From the NCBI RefSeq assembly GCF_009914755.1, contig NC_060947.1: a DNA stretch of 64,000 bases. The stretch is one strand, 5' to 3'. The translations under genes and the position numbers were made by a program. Each line of letters begins with the position of its first letter. Position 1 is the first letter of the stretch. The notes below the pieces were generated by a model. That model made no database searches. It was not told the origin of the DNA and saw nothing but the letters and a program-made list of their open reading frames with translations. Source of the DNA: the human T2T-CHM13v2.0 reference genome, Homo sapiens. Of this stretch, positions 40,655 to 53,952 are shown one piece after another.

Positions 40655-42062
40655 AACAGAACTGTCAGTTGATTCAGCAATCCCTCTACTGGATATATGG
40701 CCAATGGAAATGAAATGAGTATGTCGAAAATATCTGCACTCGCATATTCATTGCAGCACTGTTCGCAATAGCCAAGACGTGAAATCAACCTAAGAGCCCA
40801 TCAGTGGATGAATGGATAAAGCACATGTGTATATGTACACAGAATAGAATACTATTGAGCCTTAAAAAAAAACAAAGGAAATTCTGTCATTTGTGACAAC
40901 ATGAGTGAATCTGGAATATATTTTGTTGAGTGAAATAAGCCAGGCACAGCAAGACAAATACTGTATAATCTCACTGGGACGTAGAATCTTAAAAAATCAA
41001 ACTTTTTAGAAACAGAGGCTAGAATGGTGGTTACCAGGGTCTGGGGCTGGGGAGGATTGGGGAGATATTGGTCAAAGTGTACAAAACTTCATTTAGTCAA
41101 GAAGTCTAAGTTCAAGAGATCTATTGTAAACATGGTGACTATAGTTAATGTATATTTGAAAATTGTTGAGGGTAAATTTTAAGTGTTCTCACCACAAAAG
41201 ATGAAAGGTATGTGAGTTCATACATATTGTAGTTAGCCTAATTTAGCCATTGCACAATGTATACGTATTTCAAAACATCATGTTGTACACTATAAAAATA
41301 TACAGTCTTGTCAATTAAAAAATAAACAAAAATAAAATACAAAAAATTGAAATAAATTCCGTTTATTCAGTAAAACTGATGTGATACTGGTGAAGATGTG
41401 CAGAAACTGGAACCTTTGTGCACTGTTGGTGGGAATGTAAAATGGCACAGCTGCTGTGGAAAACCGTATGGCGGTTACTCAGAAAATTAAAAATAGAATT
41501 ACCATGTGATCCAGTAATTCCATTCTGTGTCTATATCCAAAAGAATAGAAATCAGAGTCTCAAAGAGATATTTGTACATCCCTGCTCATAGCACCATTAT
41601 TCATGAGAGCCAAGAGATGGAAGCAACCCAAGTGTCCACTGATGGATGAATAGAGAAACAAAGTATGGTACGTTATTATTTGGCCATTAAAATGAATTAT
41701 GATTTAGCCCATAAAAAGATGGAATTCTGATAAATGCTACAATGTGGATAAAACTTTAGGACATTATGCTATAAAATGAGTCAGTCACAAAAGGACAAAT
41801 ACTACATGGTTCCACCTGTATAAGGGATCTAAAATATTAAAACTCAAAAACTGAAGGTAGAGTGGCAATTTCCAGAGGCTGGGAGGCAGGGGAAAATGAG
41901 GAGTTGTTTAATGGGTATACATATCAGTTTTGCAATTAAAGACATCCTGGAGATTGGCTGCACAGCAATGCAAATATACTTAACACTACTGAACTGAAAA
42001 CTGAAAAACGCGTAAGATGGTAAATTTTATGTTCTCTGTATTTTAACACAACTCAATAAAAA
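40655..42062 (+). mobile_element. Two further tandem old L1MA/MB 3' ends
   Basis: L1 3' motifs are repeated at 40655-41345 and 41385-42062, each ending in an A-rich tail. Confidence 0.75.
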
Positions 42063-42324
42063 AGTGGTGTGATTTCTGTCTCTGGAGTGGACCCTGAAGA
42101 AAAATATCGATACTATGATGACTCCCATATGTATTTCTTTAGCCCAGAGCCAGACCTTTTTCTACTCAACATCTCCACATGGATACCTAATAGACATCTC
42201 AAATTTAAATATCCACAACCAAACTCCTGTCATTAAACACAAGAAGCAAGAAATACCAACATATTTTGTGATTCCACTAATATAAAAGTACAGAACAGTC
42301 AACACCAAGCCATATCATTATTAT

Positions 42325-44645
42325 TTCTTGAATTTAACTTTTATTTTAAGTTCAGGGGTACATGTACAGGTTTGTTACACAGGTAAACTTGTAACATGGG
42401 GGTTTCCTGTAGAAATTATTTCGTCACCCAGTGATTAAGCCTAGTACCCATTAGTTATTTTTCCTGCTCCTCTCCCTCCTCCCACCCTCCACCATCTGAT
42501 AGGCCCTGGTGTGTGTTGTTCCCCTCTTTGTGTCCCTGTGTTCTCATTATTTAGTGCCCACTTACAAGTGGGAACATGTGGTATTTGGTTTTTTGTTCCT
42601 GCATTAGTTGGCTAAGGATAATGGCCTCCAGATCCAACCATGTTCCTGCAAAGGACCTGATCTAGTTCTTTTTTTATGGCTGCGTAATATACTATGGTGT
42701 ATATGTACCACATTTTCTTCATCCAGTGTACCATTGATGGGCATTTAGGTTGATTCCATGTCTTTGCTATTGTGAATAATGCTGCAGTGAACATACACTT
42801 GCATGTGTGTTGATAATAGAATGATTTATATTCCTTGGGGTATATGCCCAGTAATGAGATTGCTGGGACGAATGGTATTTCTGTCTTTAGGTCTTCGAGG
42901 AATCACCACACTGTCTTCCACAATGGCTGAATTAATTTACACTCCACCAACAGTGTATAAGTGTTCCTTTTTCTCTGCAACCTCGCCAGTATCTGTTATT
43001 TTTTTACTTTTTAATGATCGCCATTCTAACTGGCGTGAGATGGTAAATCATTGTGGTTTTGATTTGCATTTCTCTAATGGTCAGTGACGTTAAGCTTTCT
43101 TTCACAGGATTGTTGGCCGCATGTATGTCTTCTTTTGAAAAAGTGTCTGTTCATGTCCTTTGCCCGCTTTTTAATGGGGTTGTTTGTTGTTGTTGTTTTT
43201 TAAACTTGTTTAAGTTCCTTATAGATCCTGGATATTAGACCTTTGTCAGATCCATCATGTGCAAAAATTTTCTCCCGTTCTGTAGGTTATCTGTTCACTC
43301 TGTTGATAGTTTCCTTTAGCGGGCAAAGCTCGGTAGTTTATTTATATTCCATTTGTCAATTTTTGCTTTTGTTGTAATTGCTCTTGCTGTCTTTGTCATG
43401 AAATCTTTGCCTGTTAGTTTGTCTGGAATATGATTGCCTAGGTTGTCTTCCAGGACTTTTATAGTTTGGGGTTTACATTTAAGTCTTTAATCCATTTTGA
43501 GTTAATTTTTGTGTATGGTGTGATATAGTCTGGCTATGTCTCCACCCACATCTCATCTTGAATTGTAGCTCCCATAATCCCCACATGTCCTGGGAGGGAT
43601 TCGGTGGGAGGTAGTTGAATCATGGAGGCAGATTTTTCCTTTGCTATTCTCATGACAGCGAATAAGTCTCACAAGATCTCATGGTTTCATAAAGGGCAGT
43701 TTCCGTGCACATGCTGTCTTCCCTGCAGCCATGTGAGACATGCCTTTGCTCCTCCTTCACCTTCTGCCATGATTATGAGGCCTCCCAAGGAATGTGGAAC
43801 TGTGAGTCCACTAAACTTCTTTACTTTATAAATTACCCAGTCTCGGTATGTCTTTATTAGCAGCAAGAGAATGGACTAGTACCTGGTGTAAAAAAAGGCA
43901 TCCAGTTTCAATCTTCCATATATGGCTAGCCAGTTATCCCGGCACCATTTGCTGAATAGGGAATCCTTTCCCCATTGTTTGCTTTTGTCAGGTTTATCAA
44001 AGATCAGATAGTTGTAGGTGTGCGGCCTTATTTCTGGGTTCTCTATTCTGTTCCATTGTTTTCCATGTCTGTTTTTGTACCAGTACCATGCTATTTGGGT
44101 TATTATAGGCCTGTGGTATAGTTTGAAGTTGGGTAGTGTGATGCCTCCAGCATTGTTTTTTTTTTTGCTTAGGATTGCCTTGGCCGTTCAGGCTCTTTTT
44201 CAGTTCCATATGAATTTAAAACAGTTTTTCTACTTCTGTGAAGAATGTCAAAGGTAACTTAATAGGAATTGCATTGAATCTACAAATTGCTTTGGGCAGT
44301 ATGGCCATTTTAATGATATTGATTCTTTCTATCCGTGAGCAGGAATGTTTTTCCATTTGTTTGTGACATCTCTGATTTCCTTGAGCAGTGTTTTGTAGTT
44401 CTTCTTGTAGAGATCTTTCACCTCCCTGGTGTGGTGTGTTCCTGGGTATGTCTGTGTGGCAATTACGAATGGGACTGTGTTCCTGATTTGGCTCTCCACT
44501 TGACTGTTGTTGGCGTATAAGAATGTTCGTGATTTTTCACATTGATTTTGTATCCTGAGACTTTGCTGAAGTTGTTTATCAGCTTAAGGAGGTTTGGGGC
44601 TGAGACTATGGGGTTTTCTAGATTCAGGATCATGTTGTCTGCAGG
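42325..44645 (-). mobile_element. 5'-truncated older L1PA, interrupted by a THE1 LTR
   Basis: Antisense 3'UTR (TTAAGTTCAGGGGTACATGTACAGG) through to the RT ADxM motif at ~44640. Confidence 0.88.
43521..43883 (+). mobile_element. THE1 solo LTR
   Basis: TGATATAGTCTGGCTATGTCTCCACCC ... GAATGGACTAGTAC, with 5 bp TSD TGGTG. Confidence 0.9.
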
Positions 44646-46262
44646 CAAACTGTACTATTAAAAGAATGTAATATAGGACATAGGACAAAAAAAAATAGAG
44701 GAAAAAGAGGAAAGGATGATCACAAAAGTAAATGTGTTGGTTTCCTCTTGGAGGAGGAATGAGGCTGAGATCAGGCAGAGACACCCCAGGAGCTTTGCGG
44801 AATGCTGGTGGTGTTCTCCTCTGTGACATGGGGGTGTTTCTGTAGAGGTGACCTTGATAATCACTGTTAAACAACACACACATATTGTGAACTTCTATGT
44901 ATGTTACATTTCAAAATAAAGAAAGGCAAAATTGCTAACAACGAATAACACGCATTTGTAGTTAAACACCTCTCACAATCCACAGACATGGAAATAACTG
45001 ATTAGTTTTCTGTATGTGTAGTTTTCCAGTTTTAAGAATGTCCTACAAATGGAATCACACATTATGTAGCGTTCCATATTTGGTGTCTTTAGCACAATGA
45101 AATACATATAACACCTCTAGAACTGCAAAGTACTCTTTCTTGACCTCAGTACTCAATATGTGCTTTCATCACTACACAACAGTTCACTCACAGCCAATTG
45201 GTTTTCTAAACTTGTATATATGTATAGTATGCTTTATAAATATCATATAATATTTAACTTTATGTAATTTGTTATATATTGGTAATGGACTTTTCTTAAA
45301 AACAGATAGCATTCCTAAGAATACCCAGTACATTTCCACTGCAAAAAAAAGGTACTCCATCATATGAATATATCACAATTAACTGATACAAACTTATGAA
45401 AGTAAAAATTTGCATGGTTTCCCCTCAGTATTGTTGAATGGGATGAAAGCTCTATACACTCTTCCTAGGAGACTGCATACACCACCTCCCACAACTCTGC
45501 TCACAATTTCCGAAAGTTCATGGACCCCAGGTTGAGAAGCACTGTTCCAGGCCACCTTTCTGTTTTCACAGATGGAGAAATGGAGGTTCTGAAAGGGGAA
45601 GTGCTTTTCAGCAGGTTAGGAGAGAGCCAGTTCTTTTGACTCCTCATCTAGTGCTTGTTTTACCTTATTCTACCATCTGTTGTGCCTGTACAGAACTGTA
45701 CAATACCAAGAGACAACCATCCTGGGTGACCCCAGCACACCACAGGTCCTCTGGATGGAGTAAAGACAATAGCTGCTCCTTCACCCAAGATGCTCTCATG
45801 GGTTAATCTGGCTCTAGCTGTAACTGACAGCAAATGGGATATATTATAGTGCTTAGAACTAGTCAAGAGGTTGGGAAGAAGCTGCACCAACTTTGATATC
45901 AATCCACATGAGGCCTGCGTATGAGGAGATAGAGTGGTTTCTGCCCTGCTGAAGGACAAAATGGAGACTGAAGAGATGCAGCCTTGAACTATCTGGTGGC
46001 CTTGACGTGGCACTGCCCCTCCAGCTCTTAGATTCCTCACTTGCACACTGACCATGAGTTGGCCTGTTAAATTTCTCCAAGAGTTCTTCTAGTTCCAATA
46101 TTCTGTACTTCTATGATCTTAGAGCAGGAACCATGGAGAAAAAAAATCAGTTGAGGTGTTTGGGTCCTAGAATTATGGACAAAATTATTTTTTCCCTCAA
46201 ATTTCTTCTAATGGTATGATAGAATTAGCAATAAAGAAAATGTAGTCTAAAGGGATGAAAAA

Positions 46263-46415
46263 GGCTGGGTGTGCTGCCTCGCACCTGGAATTCCAGCACT
46301 TTGGAAGGCTGAGGTAGGAGGATGGCTTGAGCCCAAGAGTTTGAGGCTGGAGTGAGCTATGAGCATGTCACTGCACTCCAGCCTGGGTGAGAAGGTGGGG
46401 GCCCTGTCTCAAAGA
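46263..46415 (+). mobile_element. Alu monomer (FAM/FLAM/FRAM-like)
   Basis: Single Alu arm. Confidence 0.8.
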
Positions 46416-46652
46416 AAATGTAGATGAAAATTCCCTAACGAGAATCTGAGAAGACCCTTTACTTAAGTAGTAATTTAAAGTAAAGTTTCAAAGTAAGTGG
46501 TTCCTTGATTTCTGCTTCTCATTTGCCCTTAAGTAAGTCCTTACAGTTGCTGGACTTCTAAATAATGGAATCAGAGAATGGAGCAGTACTTATCATGGGA
46601 AATGCTATTTATCTCTAAGCAGAGGGGTGGCCCCCAGAGAACCAGAGAATAG

Positions 46653-46972
46653 TTTGTTTGTTGTTTTGTTTTGTTTTGTTTTGTTTTGTGTGTTTGTTTG
46701 AGGCAGGGTCTCACTTTGTCATCCAGTCTGGAGTGCAGTGGTGATTTCGTCGGCTCACTGCCAGGCTCTACCTTGCAGGCTCAAGTGATCCTACCCCTTC
46801 AGCCCCGCAAGTGGCTGGAACTACAGGCATGCGGCACCACACTTGCCTAATTTTTTGTAATTTTCGTAGAGGCAGGGTTTTGCCATGTTGGCCAGGCTGG
46901 TCTCGAACTCCTGAGCTCAAGTGATCCTCCTGCCTTGGCCTCCCAGACAGGCATGAGCCACTGCGCCTGGCC
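46653..46972 (-). mobile_element. Alu (J-like)
   Basis: (GTTTT)n tail. TSD CCAGAGAATAGTTT / CCAGAGAAGAGTTT. Confidence 0.9.
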
Positions 46973-48840
46973 CCAGAGAAGAGTTTTTATTTCATTTCAT
47001 CAATCGATGAAATAAATAACCACAACATTCTTCCTACTTGACTGTATTAAAGCCACAAATTAGTGTGGAGCCTTCACTCAAGCCACTCTGGAGGAGTACA
47101 AGACTAGAAACAAAAGCAGGGGAAACTCATCCTGGGATGGAGGCTGACTTTTTAGGAAAATGCCTCTGGCTTTGCCTATTATTCTGTAGAGGAGTACTTT
47201 GTACTTTTACGCTGCTGAAATAGTACTCCATTGTATGAACACACCACAATGTATTGATCCCATCCCATGAAAGTTGCAACAAACAATAAGGCCCCAAAGG
47301 GCTGCACACTCCAGCCTGCTATCACTCTGTCTGTCAGGGTCCAGTGCTTTGTGTAGCACATCAGTGGTCTTAGTTGGGCCTGAGGAGAAGAAAGAGGAAG
47401 AAAAGAGTTGCTGGGGAAAGCTGTTGGCAAGGTTGGTGTTAAGAAGGAAGTGCCAAGCAGGCAAAGGAGATGCAGCCCATCAGAAGAATTGCCAACCCTG
47501 CTTCCACCTTCATTGGCACAAATGGCCCTTTCAATCCCAGCAGCTAACCTTAGAGAAAAGGACAAATTGAAAAGGCATGAAATCACCAGCCGCCGCTACT
47601 AGCTTCCCAGCAAACAGCTTAAAACGGCACTGCCCTCACCTGGTCAAATTAATGTATTACATTGAAGGCACATCTTTTTAGATTTTTTTTTGGTCATTTA
47701 TTTTTCTCCAGTTCTTGGTCCTCCACCTCTGACAGTTAAGTGGATGGGAGGTGACAAATCTCCCCTGAGAAGCTGTATCAAGTTACCAAATTCATGGGGC
47801 TCCAGCACAAAATCACAAATTCTGAATGAAAACTTACCATCCAAATATAAAATATTTACTAAAAAGTTAAAATTAATATCACAATTATGTATCATTCCTA
47901 TGATGTTTAGAGAAATTTATGAGAAGTTGAAAATAAAGCTATTATTATCAATAAACTGATATTACTACTCTCAAGGAGATTTTCTATAAATAGCAAAAAT
48001 AATTTTGGTTATTCTTCTAGTTATAAAATACTTACCTGTTTAACACAATGTTATTTCCCTTAGCACTATTTTTTTCTCCGCCTATGGTGGCAGGCAACGT
48101 ATGGAAAGAAAACATCACAATCTATGTGTATAGTTTAATAAATGATTATCAAGTGCACCTGTACGGGAACACTCCCCTAGGTCCCAGAGGAGAACACCGC
48201 CAGCATCCCCCAGAGCCTCCTGGGGTGTCCCTGCCTGAGCTCAGCCCCACTCCTACTGCAAGGGGAAACCAACATCCTGACTTTTCTGATTGTCCTTTCC
48301 TTGCTCTTCTCTATGGTTTTATACCCTAAGTATGCATTCTTCAACAAGGTAGGTTAGTGTTGCCTGTCATTTGAAGTTATAGGAATGGAATCATTAAACT
48401 TGTCCGTGTTGTTACTTGCTTCTTTCATTCGGTGTTATCTTTGTAAGACTCATGCCTATTATTCAGTAGAGGAGTACTTTGTACTTTCACTTTTTCAGAA
48501 AGTTCATAGACCTCAGGTTGAGAAGCACTGTTCCATGCCATCCTTCTCTTTTCACAGATGGAGAAATGGAGGTTCTGAAAGGGGAAGTGCTTTTCAGCAA
48601 GTCTGGAGAGAGCCAGGTCTTTTGATTCCTCATCTAGCACTTCCTAGATGAAGTGTTGAAATAGTATTCCATTGTATGAACACACCACAATGTATGGATC
48701 CCATGGAAGTTGTAATATTCATTGTTTCCCATATTTGGAACTGGATGATTACAAAAATACTACTCATAAACCCTTGTTGGCACAAGCAAAGGAGTCCTGA
48801 GGGGGACGTGTAGGCTGCTAAAAGCACATATTTAAAAGAG

Positions 48841-51117
48841 TGTATTAGCCTGTTTTCACACTGCTTATAAAGACATACCCCAGACTGGGAAGAAAAAGAG
48901 GTTTAATTGGACTTACACTTCCACATGCCTGGGGAGGCCTCAGAATCATGGCGGGAGGTGAAAGCACTTCTTACATGTTGGCGGCAAGAGAAAAGGAGGA
49001 AGAACAAAAAGTAGAAACCCCTGATAAACCCATCGGATCTCATGAGACTTATTCACTATCACAAGAATAGCACAGGAAGGACCAGCCCCCATGATCCAAT
49101 TACCTTCCCCTGGATCCCTCCCACAACATGTGAGAATTCTGGGAGATACAATTCAAGTTGAGATTTGGATGGGGACACAGCCAAACCATATCATTCTGCC
49201 CCGGCCCCTCCAAATCTCATGTCCTCACATTTCAAAATTAATCATGGCTTCCCAACAGTCCCCCAAAGTCTCAGCTCATTTCAGCATTAACCCAAAAGTC
49301 CACAGTTGAAAGTATCATCTGAGACAAGGCAAGTCCCTTCCGCCTATGAGCCTGTAAAATCAAAGCAAGCTAGTTACTTCCTAGATACAGTGGGCATACA
49401 AGTATTTGGTGAATACAGCCATTCCAAATGGGAGAAATTGGCCAAAATAAAGAGGTTACGGGGCCCATACAAGTCCAAAATCCAGCAGGGCAGTAAAATT
49501 TTAAAGCTCCAAAATTATCTCCTTTGACTCCAGGTCTCACATCTAGGCCACACTGATGCAAGAGGTGGGTTCCCGTGGTCTTGGGTAACTCCGCCCTTGT
49601 GGCTTTGCAGGATACAGCCTCCCTCCTGGCAGGTTTAACGGGCTAGCATTGAGTGTCTGCAGCTTTTCCAGGAGCACAGTGCAAGCTGTCAGTGGATCTA
49701 CCATTCTGGGGTCTGGAGTACAGTGGTCCTCTTCTCACAGCTCCGCTAGGCAGTCCCCCAGTAGGGACTCTGTTTGGGGACTCCGATACCACATTTCCCT
49801 TCTGCACTGCCCTAGCGGAGGTTCTCCGTAAGGGGCCCGCCTCTGCAGCAAACTTTTGCCTGGGCATCCAGGCATTTCCATACATCTTCTGAAATCTAGG
49901 CAGAGGTTCCCAAACCTAAATTCTTGACTTCTGTGCAGCCACAGGCTCAATACCTGATGGAAGCTGCCAAGGCTTGGGGCTTCCACCCTCTGAAGCCACA
50001 GCCTGAGCTCTACACTGGCCCCTTTCAGACATGGCTGGAGTGGCTGGGACACAGGGCATCAAATCCCTAGCTGCACACTGCACGGAAACCCTGGGACCAG
50101 CCCATGAAACCACTTTCATGGGCCTCCAGGCCTGGGATGGGAGGGGCTGCCTTGGAGGTCTCTGACATGGCCTGGAGACATTTTCCCCAGGGTCTTGGGG
50201 ATTGACATTAGGCTTCTTGCTCCTTGTGCAAATTTCTGCAGCCGGCTTGAATTTCTCCTCAAAAAATTGGTTTTTCTTTTCTACTGTATTGTCAGGCTGT
50301 AACTTTTCTGAACTTTTATGCTCTGTTTCTGTTTTAAAACCGAATGCTTTTAACAGCACCCAAGTCACCCTTTGAATCCTTTGCTGCTTAGAAATTTCTT
50401 CCACTGGATACCCTAAATCATCTCTCTCAAGTTCACAGTTCCACAAATCTCTAGAGCAGGGGCAAAATGCCACGAGTCTCTTTACTAAAACCTAACAAGA
50501 GTCACCTTTACTCCAGTTCCCAAAAAGTTCCTCATCTCCATGTGAGACCACCTCAGCCTGGACCTTATTGTCCATATCACTATCAGTATTTTGGGCAAAG
50601 CCATTCAACAAGTCTCTAGGAGGTTCCAAATGTTCCCACATTCTCCTCTCTTCTTCTGAGGCCTCAAAACTGTTTCAACATCTGCCTATTACCCAGTTCC
50701 AAAGTTGCTACCACATTTTCAGATATCTTTTCAGCAACGCCCCACTCTACTGGTACCAATTTAGTAGATTAGTCAGTTTTTACACTGCTGATAAACACAT
50801 ACCAAGACTGGGAAGAAAAAGAGGTTTAATTGGACTTACAATTCCACATGGCTGGGGAGGACTCAGAATCATGGCGGGAGGTGAAAGGCACTTCTTATGT
50901 GGTGGCGGCAAGAGAAAAGGAGGAAGAAGCAGAAGTGGAAACTCGTGATAAACCCATTAGATCTCGTGAGACTTATTCATTATCACAGGAATAGCATGGG
51001 AAAGACCGGCACCCATGATTCAATTACCTTCACCTGGGTCTCTCCCACAAGACATGGGAATTCTGGAAGACACAATTCAAGTTGAGATTTGGGTGGGGAC
51101 ACAGCCAAACCATATAA
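48841..51117 (-). mobile_element. Complete THE1 element (LTR-internal-LTR)
   Basis: Two ~350 bp direct LTRs at 48841-49193 and ~50764-51117, with ~1.57 kb of THE1 internal sequence. Flanks AAGAG / AATAG. Confidence 0.93.
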
Positions 51118-51359
51118 AATAGGACAGCATACAATTAATGAGAAAAAGTTACAAGATAAGACCAACTAAAGTAGAAGGAAATAATCAAGGTAAAAGCAGA
51201 AATCAGTGAAAGGGGAAGTAAGCATAAGGATCACAAAACCAGTTGGGTGTTTGGAAGAAGAATGAAATTGGTAAAACTCTTTTGAGACTGGTCAAGAAAA
51301 TAAGGGGGAAGGGCACAGCTATCAGGAAAGAAAAGGGAGAAACAAGCACAAATGATGTT

Positions 51360-51760
51360 ACGTCCGCTCTCGTGCTGCTATAAAGAAATACCCAAGACTG
51401 AGCCATTTATACAGAAAAGCTCAGGGTTCTGCAGGTTGTACAGGAAGTGTAGTGACTTCTGCTTCTGGGAGGACTCAGGAAGCTTGCTATCATGGCGGAA
51501 GGCGAAACAGGAGCAGGTACGTGTTACATGGTAGGAGCAGGAGCAAGAGAGAGAGCAGGGGGAGGTGTCACACACTTTTAAACAACCAGACTCATGAGAA
51601 CTCACTCGCCACCATGAGGACAGCACCAAGTGGATGCTGCTAAACCATTCCTGAAGATTCAGCCCCATGATCCAGTCACCTCCCACCAGGCCCCACCTCC
51701 AACATTAGAAGTTACAATTTGACATGAGACTTGGTGGGGACACAGATCCAAACCATATCA
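51360..51760 (-). mobile_element. MST-type MaLR solo LTR
   Basis: GCTATAAAGAAATACCCAAGACTG ... ACACAGATCCAAACCATATCA. Confidence 0.85.
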
Positions 51761-52159
51761 TATGCAAGCATCCAAAAGATACAAAGAGGATATTGTGTGG
51801 GTACTGGATATTCACACAGTGCTCATGCAGTAACAGCACATGGCTAATTCAATACAAAGAAAAGATGGCACCTTCACAATGGAGTAATTTGGAACAGTGC
51901 CCTGACCACATGGTCAAGATGAACATCACCTGTCATAAGACAAACCAACATGGAGAATCTGCTGAAGTCATGCTCCAAGAAGGCCAGCACATCTACTACG
52001 GAGTAGTCCTGCCAAAAATGTTAAACCTACCTGAGTCTAATCACAAGGAAGACATTCAACAAACCCAAGTTCAAGGGCTTCCTGACAACTGCACTGGTTT
52101 AAAGCAAATTTTAAACATTGCTTTAAAGCACACTTTAAAGGACACTGAAGAGACTTGAC

Positions 52160-52435
52160 GGGCCAGGCACCATGGTTCACGCCTGTAATACTAACATTTT
52201 GGGAGACCCAGCTGGAGCTCAGGAGTTCCAGACCAGCCTGGGCAACACAGTGAAACCAAGTCTCTACAAAATATATTTTAAAAATTAGCTGGGCATGGTG
52301 GTGCATGCCTGTAGTCCAAGCTACTCAGGAGGCTGAGGCGGGAAGATAGCTTGAGCCTGGGAGCTCAAGGCTGCAGTGGGCTGGGTTTGCGACACTACAC
52401 GCCAGCCTGGGTAACAGAGGGTGACCCTGTCTCAA
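52160..52435 (+). mobile_element. Alu (J-like) with a left-arm deletion and minimal tail
   Basis: TSD AAGAGACTTGAC at 52148-52159 and 52436-52447. Confidence 0.9.
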
Positions 52436-53913
52436 AAGAGACTTGACAACTAAGTGCAAAGCATGATGTTTGGTTGGAAAGAGAATTTTGTTAGAAAGCA
52501 GCTATGAGGGATACTATGGGACCATGGGGACAATCGGAAAATGTTTCATGTGATCATACAGTAGAAAATTGTGTGGTCTCAATGTTACATTTCCTGAGTG
52601 TGATGAAGGCATTAAGGTTTTGTGAAAGACCATGCTTTCTCGTAGGTGATACATGCTACAGTATTTAGGGATGATGGATCTTAATGATTCAAATGGATCT
52701 CAAATGATTCCACAAAATAATGGAAAATATGCGCACACACAGAGAAAGACAGGGGATGGGTTGGAGGGAGGGATAAAGCAAATGTGAGAAAATGTTAAAA
52801 ACTGCAGGATCCAGTAGAAGAATATACGTATGAGTGCTCCTTGTGCTTTCCCTGCAACTCTTCTGTGGCTTTGAAATTTAAACAAATGCAATCTGAGATG
52901 AAGGGGGATATTATGGACCATTTTATTCCAGTCAGTTTGAAAACAAAGAAAAAGGTCGCCAATCGCTAGGAAACAAAACCTGCCAAAACTGACACAAGAA
53001 AGAACAGCCAACCTGAACCGTTCCAGAATCATTACAGAAAGATATGAGTAGTCAAAGGCTTTCCACTAACAAACTCCAGGATTCCCCACCACATTCTGAA
53101 AAACATCCTAGGAATATGTCTCTTCCGTTTGACACAAACTCGTGCAGAAAATTGAAAAAGAGGAACAATCCTCAACTCACTCTATGAGCTTGGCATAACC
53201 TCAACACCAAATACTTCAAGGATACTTAGAGAAACATTGCAGATCAATCACATGCTCATGACATAGAAACAAAAACCAGAACCAGAATCTTAGCACACAG
53301 AAGCCTACAGGACATAAAAAGGAAAATACCTAATGTGGCATGACAAATATTAGCTTCATCCTAGAAATATGAACTTAATTTCCTTTCAGAAAATAAAATG
53401 CTATAATTCTCCACATTAACAGATTAGGGGAGAGAAACATGCTCTTCGTAGTCACAAAATTATTGACTAAGTGTCAATTTCCTTTCGAGATGTATTGCTG
53501 ACAATTTTTTTTTCTAAAAAGTCAGGACTATTGGGCTATAACTTACACACAGGTCTACGGAATTTTCTAAATGCATACAGCTGTGGAAACACCATCACAA
53601 GATATATAGATATAGAGCATCGCCATCCCCGCCAGGTTCCCTCGCGCCCTCTGGTAGTGAACTCCTGGTCTTAACCCTCAGACCCTGGCAACCACCAATC
53701 TGTTTTCTGCTCCTATAGTTTTTGCCTTTTCCAGAATGTCATATAAATGGAATCACATAGTAGGTAGCATGTGCATTTGGCTTCCTTTAGGGAAAGACAT
53801 TCTGACCGCAACTCTCCGAAGCTGCAATGTACAGATTCATAACCTGGGTAGTAGTTACGTGGCTTGATCACCTTATAACTATTTGTCAAATGGTCAACTT
53901 CTGAGTTCTCTCC

Positions 53914-53952
53914 GTGTGTGTGTGTGTGTGTTTGTACGTGTGTGTGTGTGTA
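53914..53952. repeat. (TG)n microsatellite
   Basis: Seen directly. Confidence 0.9.

Noticed and set aside
46233-46423. AAAGAAAATGTAG repeat as the TSD of the Alu monomer with 5' extra sequence
   Set aside because: The repeat is short, A-rich and offset 17 nt from the element. It cannot be distinguished from chance or a small local duplication.
49643-50473. ORFs within the THE1 internal region
   Set aside because: These are fragmented MaLR internal sequence, not a host gene.
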